Positions 1-10,013 of a stretch of DNA of 64,000 bases are shown here, piece by piece. The translations under genes and the position numbers were made by a program. Below the pieces are notes generated by a model, which was not told the DNA's origin, searched no databases, and saw only the letters and a program-made list of their open reading frames with translations. The DNA is from an uncultured Gemmatimonadales bacterium (lineage in GTDB: Bacteria > Gemmatimonadota > Gemmatimonadetes > Gemmatimonadales > GWC2-71-9), in assembly GCA_963844035.1 (NCBI GenBank), contig CAWJMT010000037.1, positions 1 to 64,000 on the forward strand. The letters run 5' to 3'. Positions within the stretch are counted from its first letter, which is position 1. Every line of letters starts with the position of its first letter.

Positions 1-1866
1 GGCCGCAGCGCATCCTCCTTTGCCAGCGTCTGCGCGGTGGCGCCGAAGCGAATGAGCAGTGCCACCAGCAACCGCTGTGGCTCGCTCAAGCGGGCGCGCG
101 CGGCGATGACCCGTCGCGCGACAGCGGGATGATCGGTAATGAGGCCGTCGACGCCGCGGGTGAGGCCCACGAGCATCCAGGCAGGGTCGTTCGCCGTCCA
201 GATGTAGACGTCCTGACCGGCGCGATGGGCGCGGCGAATGAAGCGACGCGAGGCCATACGCGCTTCGACGGCCAGGAAATCAGCGTTCCACTCCGTGAGA
301 TCCCCTATGGCTTTCGCAACCAGAATCCCCACGCGCCATGACGGACGCAGCTCCTTCATCTTGCGAACCATGTCGTGATCGAGCGACATGAACTCGCATT
401 CGTTCACCATGCCGGCCGCTTCGACGATCTGCACGACCCGCTCTTCGAGCTGCTGGTTGTGGCCGTACGATTTGAGCTCGACCAGGACCTTGCAGCGCCC
501 CTTGCAGACGGCGAGCGCCTCGGCGAGGGTGGGCACCCGTTCGGCGGCATAGCGCGGGTCCTTGTAGCTGCCGATGTCGATCGCTCGGAGCGTCGCGGCG
601 TCGGTGTTCCAAATGCTGGCCGGATTGCCGGAGACCTTCATCAGGTCGGCGTCATGCGCGACGAGCACCTGGCCGTCGGAAGATTCCTGCACATCCAGCT
701 CGACCATGTCGGTGTGCTGCTCGGCCGCGAGACGAAACGCCGCCAGTGTATTCTCCGGCGCGACGGCCGATGATCCTCGGTGGGCGATGATCACGACCGG
801 CGCCTGATTCCGCGTGGCGAGAAATGCCAGCTCAGCGACGCCCCCCATCCCGAGCACGACGAGTGCCAGGAGGCCAATGCCTGATCGCCCGGTCAGCCGG
901 AGCCGCCACACCTCCCCCGCGTACTGCGCGACCGACGCCGGCGTGCGTTGGGCAAGACGCTGGTACAAACGCGTGAGGACCATCGCAAACAGCGAGAAGT
1001 TCACGACGTTGACTGCCAACGCGAGCACCGCGGCCACCAGGGTCCACAGGCCCAGGAACAGCAACAACAGCGGGAGCGAACCGGCCACGGACGGGGCGCC
1101 CCAGAAACCGATGGCCCGCATCAACCACGTCAACGTGCTCGTCACGACGAACGCCGAGACCGCCCCCATGGCGAGCGATGCGAGAATGAGCCCGTAGGAA
1201 CCGGCCGCGCGCCTGGCACTCTCGCCCAGGGCCTGTCGCGGGTGGACCTGCTCGAATACCACCAGCGGCCAGGCAAACGCCCAGCGGGCGATGGTGCGGG
1301 CCAGCAAGAACGCGAACCCGATACCGATGAGCCCAATCAGGCACGCAGCGATCCAGAACTCCGGGGGGTGGACCTTGAGGTAGTAGTTGATGTCGTGTGC
1401 GCGCAGCAGTCACCAGGTACACGACGCCCGCCGCGAGCGCGAAGGGCAGCACGCCGAGCATGACACGGACCACCATGTGACCAGAAAGACGCAGGACATT
1501 CAGCGCGTTGGCCGCGCCGAACCGCAATGCGCCGCGCCCGTTGAGGCTGACACCCTGCGACTGACCAACGCCCACCGCCATCAAACACGACGCCTCAACG
1601 GCCGTGATCGCGACGATCAATGACCCGCCCAGGATCAGGGTCACCAGCCCCGAGGGAGTGGTGAGGAAAAACATCGCGATGTCTGTATCCGCCACCACAC
1701 GCTGAGACGTCCCGGCTCGCAGCCAATACAGGAGCAACGTCGTCGCCGGCATGAGCAACGCGAAGGCGATCGCCTTGTATGCCAGATCGGTGATCGCGAG
1801 AACCTTCCAGGATCGACGCAAATCCCCCAGCGCGCTCAGAAACAAGTCGCGGGCCGCACGCCACAT
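1..1866 (-). CDS. Glycerophosphodiester phosphodiesterase (GDPD) with N-terminal membrane domain; 3' end runs off the window; frameshift near 1410
   Basis: Hydrophobic N-terminus in ORF 832..1866. After a frame change it reads LLRAHDINYYLK and later IIAHRGSSAVAPENTLAAF, the GDPD signature. Confidence 0.85.
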
Positions 1867-1926
1867 TTCTCGATCCCTCCGATGGAAGACCAGGGCCGTT
1901 GCTTTTGCAGTGCCAAGAACTTACCG

Positions 1927-1991
1927 TTTTGACCACGCGGTGACAGTGGCAACGCACATTGATTGCGATGATCACCGAGCACGCCTACGTT
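1927..1991 (+). promoter_or_regulatory. Sigma70-like promoter (TTGCGA-17-TACGTT) for a leaderless Uma2 transcript, with an upstream TGAC-N7-TGAC box
   Basis: The -10 box lies 6 nt before ATG 1998, and the same architecture recurs at 25861-25925. Confidence 0.55.
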
Positions 1992-1997
1992 CATCTC

Positions 1998-2537
1998 ATG
2001 GGACCGGCGCTCATGACCGCCGAGGAATTGCTCCACGCGAGCATTCCGGACAAACGAACCGAGCTGGTGCGCGGCGTGGTTGTCGTCCGCGAACCCGCGG
2101 GCGGTCGCCACGGCCGCGTGGCCAATGAGCTGGCCCGCCTCATCGGCAACCACGTCCACGAGCAGAGATTGGGAACAGTGTACGCCGCGGAGACGGGGTT
2201 CACGCTTGCCCGGCACCCCGATACGGTGCGCGCTCCCGACATCGCATTTGTGCGCCGCGACCGCGTACCTGATCCCGAGCCGCTCGGGTACCCTGAGTTC
2301 GCGCCCGATCTGGTTGTTGAAGTGCTCTCACCCGGCGTCCGCCCCGGCGAGGTGCTCACCAAGGTGGGCGACTGGCTGAATGCCGGCACTCCGCTCGTTT
2401 GGATCGTCGATCCGGAACGTCGCGCGGCTCGCGTATACCGGCACGACGGGAGCGTGACGGTTGTGACCGAGAGCGAAGTGCTCGAGGGGGAAGGCGTCTT
2501 ACCAGGATTCGCGTGCCCGCTCGCGTCCATCCTCTAG
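1998..2537 (+). CDS. Uma2 family (DUF820) putative restriction endonuclease-like protein
   Basis: Motifs MTAEEL, ELVRG, RAPDIAFV, APDLVVEVLSP, LVWIVDP, VLPGF. Confidence 0.9.
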   Translation: MGPALMTAEELLHASIPDKRTELVRGVVVVREPAGGRHGRVANELARLIGNHVHEQRLGTVYAAETGFTLARHPDTVRAPDIAFVRRDRVPDPEPLGYPEFAPDLVVEVLSPGVRPGEVLTKVGDWLNAGTPLVWIVDPERRAARVYRHDGSVTVVTESEVLEGEGVLPGFACPLASIL

Positions 2538-3095
2538 CGGCCATGCCGACATGCCCGCCACGGCTGATGACCGCCGAGGAATTGCTGCATGCCAGGATTT
2601 CCGACAAGCGCACCGACCTGGTCCGCGGCGTGCTGCGGGTTCGCGAGCCTGCCGGGGACCGGCACGGCCGCGTCACCATGAACCTCACCATTCGACTCGG
2701 GCTATGGGTGGAGCAAGCGGGCGCGGGGCAGCTCTTTGCGGCCGAGACCGGCTTCATGCTGTCCCGAGCACCCGATACCGTCCGCGCGGCGGACATCGCG
2801 TTCGTGCGGCGCGAACGGCTCCCGGAGGCCGTCCCCGGGTTTCTCGAGCTTGCTCCTGACCTCGTCGTGGAAGTCCTCTCACCTGGCGATCGCGCCGGCG
2901 AGACACTTACCAAAGTGGGCGACTGGCTGAATGCCGGCACCCCGCTCGTTTGGATCGTCGATCCCGAACGTCGCGCGGCTCGCGTATACCGGCACGACGG
3001 GAGCGTGACGGGTTGTGACGCGAGGGCGGAATCGCTCGAGGGGGAAGACGTCTTACCAGGATTCGCGTGCCCGCTCGCGTCCATCCTCTAGCGGC
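2358..3095 (+). repeat. Near-identical ~185-bp direct repeat (2358-2541 and 2909-3095) forming the 3' thirds of the two tandem Uma2 genes
   Basis: Direct comparison shows only a few substitutions plus one short indel patch. Identity extends 4 nt past the stop (TAGCGGC). Confidence 0.9.
2543..3091 (+). CDS. Uma2 family (DUF820) protein, tandem paralog
   Basis: Same motifs as the upstream copy; ATG 5 nt after the upstream stop. Confidence 0.9.
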   Translation: MPTCPPRLMTAEELLHARISDKRTDLVRGVLRVREPAGDRHGRVTMNLTIRLGLWVEQAGAGQLFAAETGFMLSRAPDTVRAADIAFVRRERLPEAVPGFLELAPDLVVEVLSPGDRAGETLTKVGDWLNAGTPLVWIVDPERRAARVYRHDGSVTGCDARAESLEGEDVLPGFACPLASIL

Positions 3096-3148
3096 GGGAT
3101 GCGCAGCGCACTCTCTCCTGCGTGGCGAGGTGGGAGCGGCGCTGTGGT

Positions 3149-3904
3149 TTAGACCGCCGTATAACCGCCGTCGACCAGGTAATACGCTCCCGTCATGAAG
3201 GACGCCTCGTCGGATAGCAGGAAGCAAACCAGCGGAGCGACCTCCTCGGCCCGGCCGAGCCGCCCCAGTGGGTGGCGGGCGACGAGCGTCTTCCGGACGT
3301 CGTCGGAGAGGCCGGCGAGGAGCGGGGTGTCGATGTACGCCGGCCCCACGCAGTTGATGCGCAGACCCTGTGGTCCGTACTCCGCCGCGGCGTTCTTGGT
3401 CAGCCCAACGACACCGTGTTTGGCCGCGGTGTACGCGCCGTTACCGATCGCGGCGACGGTCCCATGGATCGAGGCCATGTTCACGATCGCACTCTCACGT
3501 GGTCCGGTCTTCAACATCGCGGGGATCTGATAGCGCATCCCGTAAAAAACGCCATTCAGGTTGATGTTGATGACGCGATTCCAGTCCGCCAGGTCAGTCT
3601 CTCCGGCTGGCGCCTGAGCGCCGCCGATCCCAGCGTTGTTCACCGCGTAGTGGAGGCCGCCGTAGGTGCTGACCGCATAGCGCACCACCGCCTCACAGTC
3701 CTCCGGCTTGGCGGTGTCCTGGAGGAAGGCACTGGCGGTGCCGCCGGCCTTCGCGATCTCGGCCGCGACCCGTTCCGCGGCGTCGCGCTTGATGTCGGAT
3801 AGGACAACCTTTACACCCTTCTTAGCCAGCGCCTTGCCGATGGCCTCGCCGAGTCCGGAGCCGCCTCCGGTGACGATCGCGACTTTGCCGGCGAATCCAG
3901 ACAC
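3149..3904 (-). CDS. SDR family NAD(P)-dependent oxidoreductase
   Basis: TGGGSGLG, NNAG and YTAAK motifs; AAGGAGG RBS before GTG 3904. Confidence 0.93.
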   Translation of the reverse strand: MSGFAGKVAIVTGGGSGLGEAIGKALAKKGVKVVLSDIKRDAAERVAAEIAKAGGTASAFLQDTAKPEDCEAVVRYAVSTYGGLHYAVNNAGIGGAQAPAGETDLADWNRVININLNGVFYGMRYQIPAMLKTGPRESAIVNMASIHGTVAAIGNGAYTAAKHGVVGLTKNAAAEYGPQGLRINCVGPAYIDTPLLAGLSDDVRKTLVARHPLGRLGRAEEVAPLVCFLLSDEASFMTGAYYLVDGGYTAV

Positions 3905-4024
3905 GGGAGCCTCCTTCGATGAGGATTGCTTACGCTCGAAACAGGAATCTAGCCGCGGCCCGGTTGGCCTCGTATGGCTCCAACGATGTATTTTCTCCCG
4001 CGCGTAGTCTGACGAGGAGGGATC

Positions 4025-4653
4025 GTGGCTCAGGGGGTCGGCCCGCTGCTGGTAGCGCTCGATCTGGCCGGCACGGCGGTGTTCGCCCTCAGCGGCGCGG
4101 CTGTGGGCGTGAAGTATCGGCTCGACGTCTTCGGTGTGTGCGTGCTCGCGTTCGTCGCGGGCACGGGGGGCGGGATCATGCGCGACGTGTTGCTCGGCGC
4201 CGTGCCGCCGATGGCCATCCGCGAGTGGCCCTACATCGCCGTGGCGCTCGCCGCGGGAGTGATCACGTTCCTGTGGCATGGGCGCGTCGAGCGCCTGCAG
4301 GGCCCGATCCTGGTGTTCGACGCGGCCGGGCTGGCGCTCTTCGCCGTCGCGGGGACGCAGAAGGCGCTGACCTTGGGGCTCGAGCCGATCATCGCACCGC
4401 TCGTCGGCATGCTGACCGGGATCGGCGGCGGCGTGCTCCGGGATGTGCTCGTGAGCGAGATCCCGACGGTGCTCCGCTCGGACCTGTATGCGTTGGCCGC
4501 GCTTGCCGGGGCGGTCGTGGTCGTAGCCGGGAGCTGGCTCCAGCTTCCACCCGCGCCGACGGCGGCCGCAGGCGCCGTCGCCTGTTTCGCCCTCCGCGTC
4601 ATGGCGATCCGGCGCGGTTGGAATCTTCCGAAGCCGAACGAAGCCGAGCGTGA
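4025..4653 (+). CDS. Trimeric intracellular cation channel / UPF0126 membrane protein (3' end uncertain; raw ORF runs to 4807)
   Basis: Duplicated GGGxxRDVL motifs and DAAGLALF. TGA 4651-4653 overlaps the next GTG, which suggests the true stop plus a nearby indel. Confidence 0.85.
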
Positions 4654-6363
4654 TCCGGCTTCACGACGGCGATCGCTTCGACCTGCGCATCTGTCCCGTG
4701 CGCAAGGCACATCGACGCCGCCGTGTTGCGCATGCTCGCCTACAACGGGTCGATCCCCGGCCCGACACTGCACGTCGATCAAGGGTCGGAGATCACCGTG
4801 CAGGTGACCAACGACGGCGACATCGAGGCGACCGTTCACTGGCACGGCCTGCGGCTGGAGAACCGTTACGACGGCGTCCCACAGGAGACACAGGCGCCGA
4901 TCCCGATCGGAGGCACGTTCACCTACACGCTCCAGTTCCCCGACGCCGGGCTCTATTGGTACCACCCGCACATCCGGGAAGACTACGCGCAGGAGATGGG
5001 GTTGTACGGCACCATCGTCGTCGAGCCCTCCGACCCGTCGTATTGGCCCGCCGTCGACCGGCAGCTGACCCTCACGCTGGACGACCTGCTCGTCGAGGAC
5101 GGCCACATCGCGCCCTTCCGCCGGTCCGGGCCGACCTTCACCGCCATGGGGCGGTTCGGCAACGTCCTGCTGATCAACGGCGAGACCAGGTTCTCCGGCG
5201 AGGCGGCTCTGGGGGAGGTCGTGCGCCTCTATCTCGTCAACACGGCGAACACGCGCCTCTTCAACTTCGCCGTTCGCGGCGCGCGCATGAAGCTGGTCGG
5301 TGGTGACAGCGGTCGTTACGAGCGCGAGACGTTCGTCGACGCGGTGCTGCTCGCACCTTCCGAACGAGCGGTGGTCGACGTGCTGTTCGACACGCCTGGG
5401 GACGTGCGGCTCGAGCATCGCACCCCGGACCATGTCTACGACCTCGGTGGGTTCTCGGTCTCGGCTGCCGAGGCTGGCCATGCCGCTCGGTCGTTCGAGG
5501 TGCTGCGCATCGACCCGCAACTCACCGCCGAGCATCAGTCGATTGGACACGACGTCGAGCGAGCGCCGGACAAGACGCTCGCGTTTGTCGCCTCCATGCC
5601 GCTCTTGTACGGAGCGGCCGACAAGCCGGCGTCCGCGTACGGCTGCCCCATGCACCCGGACGTCACCGCCTCCGAGCCGGGGAGATGCCCGAAGTGCTTC
5701 ATGAAATTGGTGGCGGTGCAGGCGACGACGGCGTCGCCGACCTCCTACATCTGCCCCATGCATCCGGGGGTCACGGCCTCGAAGCCGGGGAGATGCCCGA
5801 AATGCTGGATGAAGCTGGTGCCATCCGACGTGCCGGCGACGCCCGCTCCGCAACCGCACGATGGCCCGCCGCATGCGCGGGCACGAAGGCAGGGCGACGG
5901 CCTCGAGTGGGAGGACCTCATGCCGGCGATCAACCGCGCGTCGGACCCGAGCAACATGATCTGGAAGCTCATCGATCGGGAGACCGGGGCCGAGAACGGG
6001 GCCATCTCCTGGGCGTTCACGGTGGGTGATCGGGTGAAGATCCGGCTGGTGAACGAGATGGAGTCGGATCATCCGATGCACCATCCCTTCCACATCCACG
6101 GAGCCGGGCGCTTCCTGATCCTGTCGAGGGATGGCAAACCGGAGTCCAATCTCGTGTGGAAGGACACCGTGCTCCTGCGCGCGGGAGAGACGGTGGACAT
6201 TCTGCTGGATGTCACGAATCCCGGGCTATGGATGGCGCACTGCCACATCGCGGAACACACCGAGAGCGGGATGATGTTCAGCTTCGATGTGGCGCGGCGC
6301 GGTTCGGTTCCCGGAGCGGACCGTCCGCACGGATCCTCACCGCATCATCACGGGGGCCACTGA
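4650..6363 (+). CDS. Multicopper oxidase with two inserted YxCPMHP heavy-metal-binding domains; frameshift near 4706
   Basis: Copper ligand motifs HWHG, WYHPH, HPFHIHG, HCHIAEHTESGM, and two YxCPMHP...CPKCxMKLV repeats. Confidence 0.92.
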
Positions 6364-6469
6364 CTGCTTGACGGATGTCGCCGGCGCCCGGCAAAGCAGC
6401 ACTCACCAAGTCTCGAGTTTTTGGGTACCTTAATTGCCCCCCTTTCTTCTATATCCGGGAGTGATCCGC

Positions 6470-7112
6470 ATGTCGGTTCGCAGGTTCGTGCTCGCTTTCG
6501 CCCTGGTGTTGGGTACCGCGCATTGCGCCGATCATCCGGCTGCCGTGCAGTCTTCGTTCGATCCTACGCCCCACTTCCTCCGCTGGGGGGGTCGCTCGGC
6601 GCCACAGTTCACGACCACCGCGTTCAGCGCGTCGCGCGCGGGTCCCCTCAGCCTCGATCAGTACACGGCTTCGTTCTGGGCGGTGCGCGGACAGGAGCGA
6701 TCGGCGCAAATCAATTATCGGGATGCGTTGGGTGAGACCAGTCATCCGTTTCTGATTCTCACGATTACCGATCCTGTCGCACTCGCGGATTCGACCTTCG
6801 CTGAGGGCGACTCGGTGCTCGTCACGGTGACGATCGACACGACCAAGGTCGGGGTGACGCTCGAGCCGACCGGACTGCAGTTCGGCGACGTCGGCGGGTT
6901 TGCAGCTCTGGTATGGCGGCGCCGAAGGCGACCTGAACGGCGACGGCGCGATCGACGAGGCCGACAGTTACATCGAGACAGAGCTGTTAGGCATGTCATA
7001 CCGCGAAGGTGCGGACGGCGAGTGGGAGCGCATTCCGGCCATACACGTGCTCGAGGAAAAGTCGTTCTACGTCGAGCTACCGCATTTTTCCGAATACGCG
7101 GTGTCCTGGTAA
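6470..7112 (+). CDS. Putative exported lipoprotein with a Ca-binding-like GDLNGDG loop and C-terminal HFSEYAVSW; frameshift near 6895
   Basis: Signal peptide ending in Cys (MSVRRFVLAFALVLGTAHC). ORFs 6434..7147 and 6900..7112 join into one coherent protein. Confidence 0.65.
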
Positions 7113-7122
7113 CCCGAGGGCT

Positions 7123-9120
7123 ATTGCTACGATCGACGCAACCGTAGTTGAAAAAGCCCGCGCGCTCTCGACGACCGGCCATCATGCCGAAGTCGTGGCG
7201 TTCCTGGCCGGGCGCGCGAGTCGCGAGCTGACGGAGTCGCCGAACCTCGCGCTGCTCTATGGGACGGCGCAGGCGCGCCTCGGGCGTCACGAGGAAGCGC
7301 TGCGGTGGGTGCAATTCGCCCTCGATCAGGCGCGGACGCGCGCGGAGCCCGCACTCGAGCGCCAGGCCCTCAACGCGCGCGGCGCGATCGCGCTCGTCAG
7401 TGGACACATCGACGAGGCCGCGGACTTCTTTACGCAGGCCCTGATGGCGGCAAGCCGGGACGGGGATCACGCCACGACGGGTCGCTGCTCCAACAATCTC
7501 GGAATCATCAGCAGTCTGCGCGGACGGCACGCCGAAGCGATCGGATCCTGGGCAATTGCGGGGGCGGCGTTTACGCGCGCCGGACTACGCCACGGGGTCG
7601 CCGAATGCCATCACAATTTGGGAATCACGCTGCGTGAGCAGGGGGCGCTCGACCAGGCGCTGGCGGCCGCGGAGCGGGCCGTGGCGGAGGCCGAGGCGGC
7701 CGGGGATCAGACCCTCGCGGCGTTGACGCTGCGCGGCCGGGCCGAGATCCACGTCGTCCGGGGTGAGCTGGAGTCGGCGCGGCGCGAGTTGGCCCTGGTA
7801 CGCGACGTTCGCGTCCGGGTGCCCGACCCGCTCAGCGAGGCCGAGGATGAGCGCGTGGCGGCGTTGTTATTCGCGGCCGAGGGTGACCTCACGATCGCCG
7901 AGCTGACGTTGCGCGAAATCATCGCCCGAGCGGAATCGCAGGACCGCGCCCAGCTGCTCGCCGAGGCGACGCGGGATCTTGCGCTCGTGCTGCGCCGAAC
8001 GGGGCGAACCGCGGACGCGCAGACGGCGGCGCGCACGGCAAAGGCCGTCTTCACCCGGCTTGGGGCGGAAGGACAGATCCGTGCCCTGGCCGCTCAGGAG
8101 TGGGACGCAACGTTCCGGGCCGAGCTCGAGGGGTCGATGGCGCCGCTGCACGTCGCCCAGCAGCTGGCTGATTCCGGCCACTATGCCCAGCTCCTGACGT
8201 ATCTGGGCGAGCGTTCCCAGTCCGAGCTCGAACAGTCTCCCATGCTCACGCTGCTGTGTGGTATCGCGCACGGCCGGCTGGGCCGGCTGGATCTGGGACA
8301 ACATTGGGCGGTCGTGGCGCAGCTGCGCGCCCGGGTGCTCGGAGATCGGGCGTTGGAAGTACGCGCGCTCAACGTGTGCGGCGCGCTCGCGGTGGAGCGA
8401 GGCGGCATCGACGAGGCGGCGTACTTCTTCAGTCGCGCGCAGGAAGAGGCCCGGGAAGAGAACGACGTCATTACGGTCGGCCGGTGCGCCAACAACCTCG
8501 GCATCATCGCGAACCTGCGAGGGGATCATGATCGCGCCGTCGGGGCATACCTAAGCGCAATCGACGCCTACCAGAAGGCGGGCTATGACCGCGGCGTCGC
8601 GGAGTCGCAGCACAATCTCGCGATCACCTATCGCGAACAGGCGATGTTGGACGACGCGCGCAACCTTGCTGAGACGGCGGTGCGTGAAGCGGTGCGGTTA
8701 GGCGACCGCCAGCTCGAGGCGCAGGCACTCGCAGGACTCGCCGAGATCGAGGTCGATCGGGGTGATCTCGCGGGCGCCCAGCGCCACGTGGAGCAGGCCA
8801 TCGCGGTGCACCGCGAGCTGCAGGATCCCGTTCGCGAGGCCGAGGACCTGCGGATTCTCGCGCTGGCGTTGGGCCGGGTTGGGAAGGCCGGCGTGGCCGA
8901 AGACGTGTTTCGTCAGGTGATCGCGCGCGCCACCGAGCACAAACGGCTCTTGCTGGTCGCCATGGCACAGCGCGATCTCGCGCACCTGCTCGTTCGCGGG
9001 GACCGGATCATCGACGCGAAAGCCGAAGCGGAGGAGGCGCGCGCCACCTTCGAGCGGCTCGGGGCGCTGGTCGAGGTGGAAAAGCTCGACACATTGTTGC
9101 GCGATGCGACGGAGCAATAG
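7123..9120 (+). CDS. Tetratricopeptide-repeat protein made of two homologous ~330-aa halves (start uncertain)
   Basis: TPR motifs RCSNNLGII/RCANNLGII and HHNLGIT/QHNLAIT recur in both halves. Confidence 0.85.
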   Translation: MATIDATVVEKARALSTTGHHAEVVAFLAGRASRELTESPNLALLYGTAQARLGRHEEALRWVQFALDQARTRAEPALERQALNARGAIALVSGHIDEAADFFTQALMAASRDGDHATTGRCSNNLGIISSLRGRHAEAIGSWAIAGAAFTRAGLRHGVAECHHNLGITLREQGALDQALAAAERAVAEAEAAGDQTLAALTLRGRAEIHVVRGELESARRELALVRDVRVRVPDPLSEAEDERVAALLFAAEGDLTIAELTLREIIARAESQDRAQLLAEATRDLALVLRRTGRTADAQTAARTAKAVFTRLGAEGQIRALAAQEWDATFRAELEGSMAPLHVAQQLADSGHYAQLLTYLGERSQSELEQSPMLTLLCGIAHGRLGRLDLGQHWAVVAQLRARVLGDRALEVRALNVCGALAVERGGIDEAAYFFSRAQEEAREENDVITVGRCANNLGIIANLRGDHDRAVGAYLSAIDAYQKAGYDRGVAESQHNLAITYREQAMLDDARNLAETAVREAVRLGDRQLEAQALAGLAEIEVDRGDLAGAQRHVEQAIAVHRELQDPVREAEDLRILALALGRVGKAGVAEDVFRQVIARATEHKRLLLVAMAQRDLAHLLVRGDRIIDAKAEAEEARATFERLGALVEVEKLDTLLRDATEQ

Positions 9121-9181
9121 AACACGGATACCTGTCTTCAGGCGCTCGAACTACGCGATCGCCTGGTAGCCCACCCGCTTG

Positions 9182-9763
9182 TTAGGCCCTGGGTGACAGG
9201 ACGTTTTCGATGCGCCGGTCCGGAATCAGCCACATCAGCGCCACCGTCACCAGGATCGCCTGGGCAATCCACGGCGACACCAGGGTGGCAACAATCGCGA
9301 CAACGTAAAGCACCGGCGAGACTTTTCCTTTCCAATCGCGCCCGACCGCTTTTTTCAGGATGGACGCCGGCCCCTCCGCGCGGATGATCGTCTGCTGGAG
9401 CACGTAGTACGCAATCGCGGCCATCAGTAGCACCACGCTGTACAGCGCCGTGGGCACGGGGGCAAAATGGTTCTCCCCCATCCAGCCGGAGGCAAACGGA
9501 AACAACGACAGCCAGAACAACAGGTGCATGTTGGCCCAGAGTACCGTGCCGTTGACCGCGGTGCAGGCATGCAGCATGTGATGGTGGTTGTTCCAGTAGA
9601 TGGCGACATAGACGAAACTGAGGACGTAGCTGAGGAACACCGGCAGCAGCGGCAACACGTCTTGCAAGCCGTCGCCATGCGGTACCTTCAGCTCCAGCAC
9701 CATGATCGTGATGATGATCGCAATCACGCCGTCGCTGAATGCTTCCAGCCGTCCCTTGCCCAT
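9182..9763 (-). CDS. TMEM175 family potassium channel (DUF1211)
   Basis: RLEAFSDGVIAIIITIMVLEL signature and YWNNHH. Confidence 0.93.
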   Translation of the reverse strand: MGKGRLEAFSDGVIAIIITIMVLELKVPHGDGLQDVLPLLPVFLSYVLSFVYVAIYWNNHHHMLHACTAVNGTVLWANMHLLFWLSLFPFASGWMGENHFAPVPTALYSVVLLMAAIAYYVLQQTIIRAEGPASILKKAVGRDWKGKVSPVLYVVAIVATLVSPWIAQAILVTVALMWLIPDRRIENVLSPRA

Positions 9764-9792
9764 TTCGCCTCACGGTCGAGTAAGGAGTTGTA

Positions 9793-9978
9793 CTACGGCG
9801 CCACATCCGCCGGGAACCAATGCTTCGACGATGGCTTCGGGTCTGACAGCTCGCGCGCCTTCCGATCGCTTACCGCGTCCGCTCCGGTTAGCCGCCCGTG
9901 GTGCTGCCGCAGATGCTCTTCCCAGGTCGCGACCAGATAGGACTCGATGAAGACGTGGGGTGGTGGGCCGCGATCTTC
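9793..9978 (-). pseudogene. Orphan C-terminal fragment of an MFS_3/DUF894-type transporter
   Basis: Manual translation gives HVFIESYLVATWEEHLRQHHGRLTGAD...*. No transmembrane part and no in-frame start are present. Confidence 0.6.
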
Positions 9979-10013
9979 ATGTCCTCGGCTCTTGCCGCGG
10001 CCTCGGGCGCTTG

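Noticed and set aside
2358..3095. Diversity-generating retroelement TR/VR pair
   Set aside because: No reverse transcriptase, the differences are not adenine-specific, and both copies are coding.
3105..3140. Additional copy of the CCCTCTCC palindrome between Uma2 and SDR
   Set aside because: Similarity is too weak and the stem is imperfect.
6396..6422. CIRCE-like AGCACTC...GAGT
   Set aside because: Wrong spacing, poor right arm and no heat-shock gene nearby.
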